Under the pieces are notes generated by a model, which did no database searches, was not told where the DNA came from, and saw nothing but the letters and a program-made list of their open reading frames with translations. Position numbers and translations under genes: made by a program. A stretch of 20,000 nucleotides of DNA from an uncultured virus (IMG/VR IMGVR_UViG_3300044631_001772) (lineage: Duplodnaviria; Heunggongvirae; Uroviricota; Caudoviricetes), in the IMG/VR virus record IMGVR_UViG_3300044631_001772, positions 53,980 to 73,979 of that record, one strand, 5' to 3'. How positions within the stretch are numbered: position 1 is the first letter of the stretch; every line of letters begins with the position of its first letter. Of this stretch, positions 14,417 to 20,000 are shown in pieces.

Positions 14417-14424
14417 GCTATAAT
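14396..14424 (+). promoter_or_regulatory. Near-consensus sigma70 promoter for the gp43-uvsX-gp41 unit
   Basis: TTGACG (14396-14401), 17 bp spacer, extended -10 TGcTATAAT (TATAAT at 14419-14424). A half-site AACTGGCAC starts at 14379. Confidence 0.85.
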
Positions 14425-14445
14425 GATCGAAGAGTACATCGTAAA

Positions 14446-14778
14446 ATGTCAATCAAGTTAGTACTATTAAAGTCTGGTGAAACTGTTATTTCTGATGCCA
14501 AAGAATTGATTTCTGGTGATAAGATATGTGGGTATCTACTTACGAAACCTCATAAAATAGAGACGAGAAAGGCATTTTTGTTGGTAGAAGAAAATGAAAA
14601 TTCAAAAGGTGATTTAGAAATTTCTTTGTCTCCTTGGATTATTCTAACCAGCGATGAACAAATACCAGTTCCGCCAGATTGGGTTGTTACGATTGTAGAA
14701 CCAATTCAAACTATTAAAGAAATGTATGAGGAAAAAGTAAATGTCGAAAACAGTGAAGTGTCTTTTACTGAAGGTTGA
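14446..14778 (+). CDS. Conserved hypothetical phage protein (small beta-rich fold)
   Basis: 110 aa, MSIKLVLLKSGETVIS...LSPW...VVTIVEP. Typical of the gene pair found before gp43 in T4-like cyanophages. Confidence 0.85.
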   Translation: MSIKLVLLKSGETVISDAKELISGDKICGYLLTKPHKIETRKAFLLVEENENSKGDLEISLSPWIILTSDEQIPVPPDWVVTIVEPIQTIKEMYEEKVNVENSEVSFTEG

Positions 14779-14995
14779 CAATGTAATTGTCACTGAGATT
14801 ATTGAAGTTGGTTCTGAACTTGGAGAACCAGATTGTAAACTAATTAATCCCTATAAAATTGATGCTGAGGGAAATTTAACTCCTTGGCCAGATGTATCTG
14901 ACCAAACAGAAATGATGATTCACTCCGATAGTATTCTTACTATTGTAAATCCTAAACCAGAAATTGTTGAAAAGTATCTTGAATTGACTGCATAA
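14741..14995 (+). CDS. Conserved hypothetical phage protein, distant paralog of the preceding gene
   Basis: 84 aa sharing the K..LLK, L..P, L.PW and TIV.P pattern with 14446..14778. Its stop overlaps the gp43 start. Confidence 0.85.
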   Translation: MSKTVKCLLLKVDNVIVTEIIEVGSELGEPDCKLINPYKIDAEGNLTPWPDVSDQTEMMIHSDSILTIVNPKPEIVEKYLELTA

Positions 14996-17496
14996 TGCGA
15001 TTTTATACAAATGTCCAGATGGTCGGGGACCACTTCTTGGTCCGTGGTTATGAAAATGGTAAACATTTCATGACCCGTGAGAAGTTTTACCCGACTCTTT
15101 TTGTTCCTTCAAAAAAGAATACTGAATATAAAACTCTGAATGGTGAATGTGTTGAACCAATTCAACCTGGAACAGTAAGAGAATGTAGAGAATTTATTAA
15201 GAAATATACTGATGTTCAAGGATTTTCAATTCATGGAAATGACCGATACATCTATCAATATATTTCCGAAACTTATCCTGAAGATGAAGTTAAGTTTGAT
15301 ATTAATAAAATCAAAGTAACAACAATTGATATTGAGGTTGCATCCGAGAATGGATTCCCTGATGTGGAAAGTGCCGCTGAAGAAGTGTTGCTCATTACAC
15401 TTCAAGATTATAATACAAAACAGATTCTTACTTGGGGTCTTGGTAAGTTCAATAATCAACAGAGTAATGTAAAATATCGTTCTTTTACAAATGAGCATGA
15501 TTTGTTGAACGACTTTATTAATTGGTGGATGATTGAGGAGAATACACCTGAAGTCATTACTGGTTGGAATAGTGAATTATATGATATCCCATACTTGGTT
15601 CGTCGTATAGATCGTGTTCTGGGAGAAAAACTCATGAAGCGTATGTCTCCATGGGGATTGGTAACTGAAAGTGAAACATTCATCTCTGGGCGTAAGCATA
15701 TTTCCTATGATATTGGTGGAGTAAGTCAACTTGATTATCTGAATCTTTATAAGAAGTTTACTTATAAGGCACAGGAATCTTATCGTCTTGACCACATTGC
15801 AAATGTAGAACTTGGTCAGAAAAAGTTAGATCACAGTGAGTTTGATACGTTCAAAGATTTCTACACCAAAGGTTGGCAGAAGTTTGTAGAATACAACATC
15901 ATTGACGTAGAACTTGTTGACCGTTTGGAAGACAAGATGAAACTCATTGAACTTGCTTTGACGATGGCGTATGATGCTAAGGCAAACTATGCTGATGTTT
16001 TCTCTCAGGTTCGTATGTGGGATACAATTATCTACAACTATCTGAAAAAGAAGAATATTGTGATTCCTCCAAACGTGAGGTCTGATAAAGATTCTAAGTA
16101 TGCTGGTGCTTATGTAAAAGAACCGATTCCTGGGGTGTATGATTGGGTTGTGAACTTTGACCTTAACTCACTGTATCCTCACCTGATTATGGGTTATAAT
16201 ATTTCACCAGAAACTTTGGTAGAAGAAAGGCACCCATCTGTTAGTGTCGATAAGATCCTTAACAAACAACTCACATTTGAAATGTATAAGGACTATGCGG
16301 TATGTGCTAATGGGGCAATGTATCGTAAAGATGTTCGGGGATTTCTTCCAGAGTTGATGGAAAAGATCTATGAAGATCGCACCATTTACAAAAAGAAGAT
16401 GCTTGCTGCTAAACAGGAGTATGAAAAGAAAAAGACAAAGGAACTTGAGAAGGAGATTGCTAGATGTAACAATATCCAAATGGCAAGAAAGATTCAACTT
16501 AACTCTGCCTATGGTGCTATTGGTAATCAGTATTTTCGTTACTTTAAATTAGCGAATGCTGAGGCAATTACTCTTTCTGGGCAAGTTGCTATTCGTTGGA
16601 TAGAAGAAAAAATGAATACTTATCTCAATAAACTTCTAAAAACTAAAGAGGTAGATTATGTTATTGCTTCTGATACTGATTCCATTTATCTCAATATGGG
16701 TCCTTTGGTTGAAACTGTATACAAGGGAAGAGAAAAAACTACTGAAAGCGTTGTTTCGTTCCTTGATAAGGTCGCTAAGGTGGAACTTGAAAAATATATT
16801 GAAAGTTGCTACCAAGAACTGGCGGATTATGTGAATGCATATGACCAAAAGATGCAGATGAAGCGGGAGAATATTGCTGACCGTGGAATCTGGACTGCCA
16901 AAAAGCGGTATATTCTCAATGTTTGGGATAGTGAGGGTGTTCGTTATGAAGAACCTAAACTGAAGATGATGGGTATTGAGGCAGTTAAATCCTCCACACC
17001 TGCTCCTTGTCGCCAGATGATTAAAGATGGTCTGAAACTAATGATGAGTGGAACTGAAGAACAGGTGATTAAGTTTATTGATAAGTGTCGTTCTGACTTC
17101 AAAAAACTGCCACCAGAGCAGATTGCTTTTCCAAGAACTGCCTCAGATGTTCGTAAATATCATTCCCATTCTGACATTTATATGAAGGGAACACCAATTC
17201 ATATTCGTGGAGCACTTCTCTTTAATCATTATATTAAAGAGAAAAAACTCACCAATAAATATTCACTTATTGGTAATGGGGAAAAGATTAAATTTATCTA
17301 CCTCAAAAAACCAAATATTATTCAAGAAAATATTGTCTCTTTCATTCAAGATTTTCCTTTGGAACTTGGACTTGACAAATATATTGACTATGAACTACAA
17401 TTTGAAAAAAGTTTTCTTGAACCACTTAAGTCCATTCTTGATGCAATTGGATGGAAAACAGAACATATAACAACCTTAGAGTCATTTTTTAACTGA
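14995..17496 (+). CDS. gp43: Family B DNA polymerase
   Basis: ExoI DIEV, ExoII GWNSELYD, ExoIII YNIID. Polymerase motifs FDLNSLYPH, KIQLNSAYG and SDTDS. Confidence 0.98.
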   Translation: MRFYTNVQMVGDHFLVRGYENGKHFMTREKFYPTLFVPSKKNTEYKTLNGECVEPIQPGTVRECREFIKKYTDVQGFSIHGNDRYIYQYISETYPEDEVKFDINKIKVTTIDIEVASENGFPDVESAAEEVLLITLQDYNTKQILTWGLGKFNNQQSNVKYRSFTNEHDLLNDFINWWMIEENTPEVITGWNSELYDIPYLVRRIDRVLGEKLMKRMSPWGLVTESETFISGRKHISYDIGGVSQLDYLNLYKKFTYKAQESYRLDHIANVELGQKKLDHSEFDTFKDFYTKGWQKFVEYNIIDVELVDRLEDKMKLIELALTMAYDAKANYADVFSQVRMWDTIIYNYLKKKNIVIPPNVRSDKDSKYAGAYVKEPIPGVYDWVVNFDLNSLYPHLIMGYNISPETLVEERHPSVSVDKILNKQLTFEMYKDYAVCANGAMYRKDVRGFLPELMEKIYEDRTIYKKKMLAAKQEYEKKKTKELEKEIARCNNIQMARKIQLNSAYGAIGNQYFRYFKLANAEAITLSGQVAIRWIEEKMNTYLNKLLKTKEVDYVIASDTDSIYLNMGPLVETVYKGREKTTESVVSFLDKVAKVELEKYIESCYQELADYVNAYDQKMQMKRENIADRGIWTAKKRYILNVWDSEGVRYEEPKLKMMGIEAVKSSTPAPCRQMIKDGLKLMMSGTEEQVIKFIDKCRSDFKKLPPEQIAFPRTASDVRKYHSHSDIYMKGTPIHIRGALLFNHYIKEKKLTNKYSLIGNGEKIKFIYLKKPNIIQENIVSFIQDFPLELGLDKYIDYELQFEKSFLEPLKSILDAIGWKTEHITTLESFFN

Positions 17497-17636
17497 TGGA
17501 TTTGCCTATTAACGAAAAAGAATTGAATACGATTATTAGTGCTATGAGATTGGGAGGAGATTCTGCACTCTATCAAAAATTATGGACTTATAAAATGAAC
17601 TATATTGATAAAAATGAAAATATGGAGAAAGAATGA
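17496..17636 (+). CDS. Small hypothetical protein (46 aa), MDLPINEKELNTIISAMRLGGDSALYQKLWTYKMNYIDKNENMEKE; not in the ORF track
   Basis: ATG overlaps the gp43 stop (TGATG) and its stop overlaps the uvsX start (ATGA), so it fills the gap exactly. Confidence 0.8.
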   Translation: MDLPINEKELNTIISAMRLGGDSALYQKLWTYKMNYIDKNENMEKE

Positions 17637-18637
17637 TGGATTTTCTTAAAGATATTGTAAAAGAAATTGGTGGTGAGTATACGCAACTTGCTTCCGACAT
17701 TGATGAGACAGAGACTTATGTTGATACAGGTTCATACATTTTTAATGCACTGGTTTCAGGTAGTGTATTTGGTGGTGTATCTGGGAATAAGATTACTGCT
17801 ATTGCTGGAGAGTCTTCTACTGGAAAGACTTTTTTCTCTCTCGCCGTGGTTAAGAACTTTCTTGATACTCATCCCGATGGTTACTGTCTCTACTTTGACA
17901 CTGAGGCTGCTATTACTAAATCTTTGATTGAATCTCGTGGAATTGATACTTCTCGTCTTGTGGTTGTCAATGTTGTTACTATTGAAGAGTTTCGTGGAAA
18001 GGCACTCAAAGCAGTAGACCTGTACTTAAAAAAACCTGAAGGAGAACGCAGACCGTGCATGTTTGTGTTAGACTCTTTAGGAATGCTTTCGACTGAGAAA
18101 GAAATCACTGATGCACTCAACGATAAACAAGTTCGTGACATGACTAAATCGCAACTTGTTAAAGGTGCATTCCGAATGTTAACTCTTAAACTAGGACAGG
18201 CAAATGTTCCACTCATTGTCACAAATCATACATACGATGTCATCGGAGCTTACGTACCAACGAAAGAAATGGGTGGAGGTTCTGGACTCAAATACGCAGC
18301 AAGTACGATCATTTATCTCAGCAAAAAGAAAGAGAAGGATGGAACAGAAGTGGTCGGCAATATTATCAAAGCTAAGACTGCTAAATCACGTTTGAGTAAG
18401 GAGAACAAAGATGTTGAAGTCCGTTTGTATTATGATGAGCGGGGCCTTGATCGTTACTATGGTCTTTTGGAACTTGGTGAGATTGGTGGACTCTGGAAGA
18501 ATGTAGCAGGACGCTATGAGATGGATGGTAAGAAAATTTATGCTAAGCAAATTCTTGCAAACCCAGAGGAATACTTTACTGAAGAAGTAATGCAAAAACT
18601 TGATGAGATTGCAAGGGAAGAGTTTAGTTACGGTTGA
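17633..18637 (+). CDS. uvsX: RecA-like recombinase UvsX
   Basis: Walker A AGESSTGKT, YFDTE, FVLDSLGML, VTNHTY and MGGGSGLKYAAS. Confidence 0.96.
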   Translation: MMDFLKDIVKEIGGEYTQLASDIDETETYVDTGSYIFNALVSGSVFGGVSGNKITAIAGESSTGKTFFSLAVVKNFLDTHPDGYCLYFDTEAAITKSLIESRGIDTSRLVVVNVVTIEEFRGKALKAVDLYLKKPEGERRPCMFVLDSLGMLSTEKEITDALNDKQVRDMTKSQLVKGAFRMLTLKLGQANVPLIVTNHTYDVIGAYVPTKEMGGGSGLKYAASTIIYLSKKKEKDGTEVVGNIIKAKTAKSRLSKENKDVEVRLYYDERGLDRYYGLLELGEIGGLWKNVAGRYEMDGKKIYAKQILANPEEYFTEEVMQKLDEIAREEFSYG

Positions 18638-18659
18638 TTATTTTTTATGGTTCTTATAA

Positions 18660-20000
18660 ATGGAAAGTGTTGAACTTACAGTTTTAAAAAATTTAATATT
18701 TAATGAAGACTATTCTCGAAAAGTAATACCTTTTATAAATCTAGAATATTTTGAAGATAATTCCCAAAAAATTATTTTTGAAGAAACTGTAAAATTTATT
18801 TTAAAATATAATTCTCAAATTACAACAGAATCTCTTTTAATTGAAATATCTAATAGAAAAGATATAAATGAAAGTGATATTAAATCTTTAACTTCTTTAA
18901 TTAATTCATTCGATTATCAACCATCCGATCAAAAGTGGTTAATTGACATCACTGAAAAATGGTGTAGAGATCGTGCCATTTATTTGGCTTTGATGGAATC
19001 AATTTATATTGCTGATGGTAAAGATGAAAAGAAGAACCGAGATGCTATTCCTTCAATTTTATCTGACGCTTTAGCAGTATCTTTTGATAATAATATTGGT
19101 CATGATTATCTATTAAATTATGAAGAACGATATGATTATTATCATAGGAAAGAAGATAAAATAGAGTTTGATTTAGAATATTTTAATAAAATTACTAAAG
19201 GAGGACTCCCCAATAAAACTTTGAATATTGCTTTGGCAGGAACTGGTGTTGGTAAATCTCTTTTTATGTGTCATGTGGCATCTTCGGTTTTAGTTCAAGG
19301 TAAAAATGTGTTGTACATTACTCTTGAAATGGCAGAAGAAAAAATTGCCGAAAGAATTGATGCTAATTTATTGAATGTTCCTATTCAACAATTGTCAGAA
19401 TTGCCAAAAGCAATGTTTGAAAGTAAAGTTAATACACTTGCAAATAAGACACAAGGATCTTTAATCATTAAAGAGTATCCAACTGCTTCTGCACATTCTG
19501 GTCACTTCAAGGCACTTCTTAATGAACTTGCTCTTAAGAAATCATTTAGACCTGATATTATTTTTATTGACTACCTTAATATTTGTGCTTCCTCTAGGCA
19601 TAAGGCAAATAGCTCTGTCAATTCTTATTCGTATATTAAGTCAATTGCAGAAGAACTTCGCGGTTTGGCAGTGGAATTCAATGTTCCCATTGTCTCTGCT
19701 ACCCAGACTACCCGCAGTGGTTATGGCAACTCTGATGTTGAACTTACTGATACTAGTGAGTCCTTTGGTCTCCCTGCTACTGCTGATCTTATGTTTGCCC
19801 TTATTAGCACTGAAGAGTTGGAGAATTTAGGTCAAATTATGGTTAAACAATTGAAGAATCGTTATAATGATCCAACAATTTATAAGCGGTTTATTGTTGG
19901 TATTGATAGGGCAAAAATGAGATTGTATGATTGTGAACAATCTGCTCAAAATGATATCGTTGATAATACTGAGTATTCAGAATCTAATGAAGATAAAACA
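18660..20000 (+). CDS. gp41: Replicative DNA helicase (DnaB-like), 3' truncated by the window edge; not in the ORF track
   Basis: ATG 18660, MESVELTVLKNLIFNEDYSRKVIPF. Walker A ALAGTGVGKS, YITLEMAEE, IFIDYLNI, SATQTTR and QLKNRY. Confidence 0.96.
   Translation, partial: MESVELTVLKNLIFNEDYSRKVIPFINLEYFEDNSQKIIFEETVKFILKYNSQITTESLLIEISNRKDINESDIKSLTSLINSFDYQPSDQKWLIDITEKWCRDRAIYLALMESIYIADGKDEKKNRDAIPSILSDALAVSFDNNIGHDYLLNYEERYDYYHRKEDKIEFDLEYFNKITKGGLPNKTLNIALAGTGVGKSLFMCHVASSVLVQGKNVLYITLEMAEEKIAERIDANLLNVPIQQLSELPKAMFESKVNTLANKTQGSLIIKEYPTASAHSGHFKALLNELALKKSFRPDIIFIDYLNICASSRHKANSSVNSYSYIKSIAEELRGLAVEFNVPIVSATQTTRSGYGNSDVELTDTSESFGLPATADLMFALISTEELENLGQIMVKQLKNRYNDPTIYKRFIVGIDRAKMRLYDCEQSAQNDIVDNTEYSESNEDKT

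Noticed and set aside
14995..17496. Intron, intein or split in DNA polymerase gp43
   Set aside because: It is a single uninterrupted 833-aa ORF with all motifs at normal spacing and no intein-like insert.
1680..18595. Minus-strand ORFs in the track (e.g. 1680-1988, 4342-4833, 5371-5898, 6173-6847, 9734-10234, 14222-14452, 17890-18222)
   Set aside because: They lie antisense to well-supported + strand genes, have no recognisable motifs or expression signals, and look like codon-bias shadows.
2720..19830. Alternative-frame + strand ORFs (2720-2923, 4346-4627, 6771-7004, 11513-11728, 13921-14109, 16370-16552, 17207-17470, 17667-17927, 18204-18395, 19522-19830)
   Set aside because: They are nested in longer genes and have no RBS or motif support. 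19522-19830 lies inside gp41, which the track missed because it has no stop within the window.

Overview
This window is the DNA replication/recombination module of a T4-like myophage, most likely a cyanophage given cobT/cobS, hsp20, dam and the conserved small genes. All credible genes are on the + strand. Order: gp46 (5' partial), a 44-aa basic ORF, two paralogous late proteins, GIY-YIG endonuclease, cobT-like vWA protein, small ORF, cobS-like AAA+ ATPase, DUF3310-like gene, gp45, HEXXH protein, small ORF, HNH endonuclease, denV-like glycosylase, GIY-YIG endonuclease, gp44, small ORF, dam, gp62, regA, hsp20, a 59-aa ORF with a capsid-targeting-like N-terminus, two hypotheticals, gp43, small ORF, uvsX, gp41 (3' partial, missing from the ORF track). 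The core genes are ordinary; the interest lies in intergenic signals and small ORFs the track missed. (1) A small Lys/Arg-rich ORF has an intrinsic terminator inside its reading frame just before the stop codon, a nonstop-mRNA layout like ArfA/BrfA. (2) A palindromic CASTT-N4-AACTG element recurs 34-40 bp upstream of -10 boxes. (3) All three homing endonucleases have a late promoter plus a hairpin that could block translation on read-through RNA, and one has a possible antisense sRNA. (4) The hsp20 leader looks like a ROSE-type RNA thermometer. (5) Several late proteins look capsid-targeted. (6) A candidate structured RNA lies after hsp20. All calls are by eye from motifs and gene order; no searches were run.
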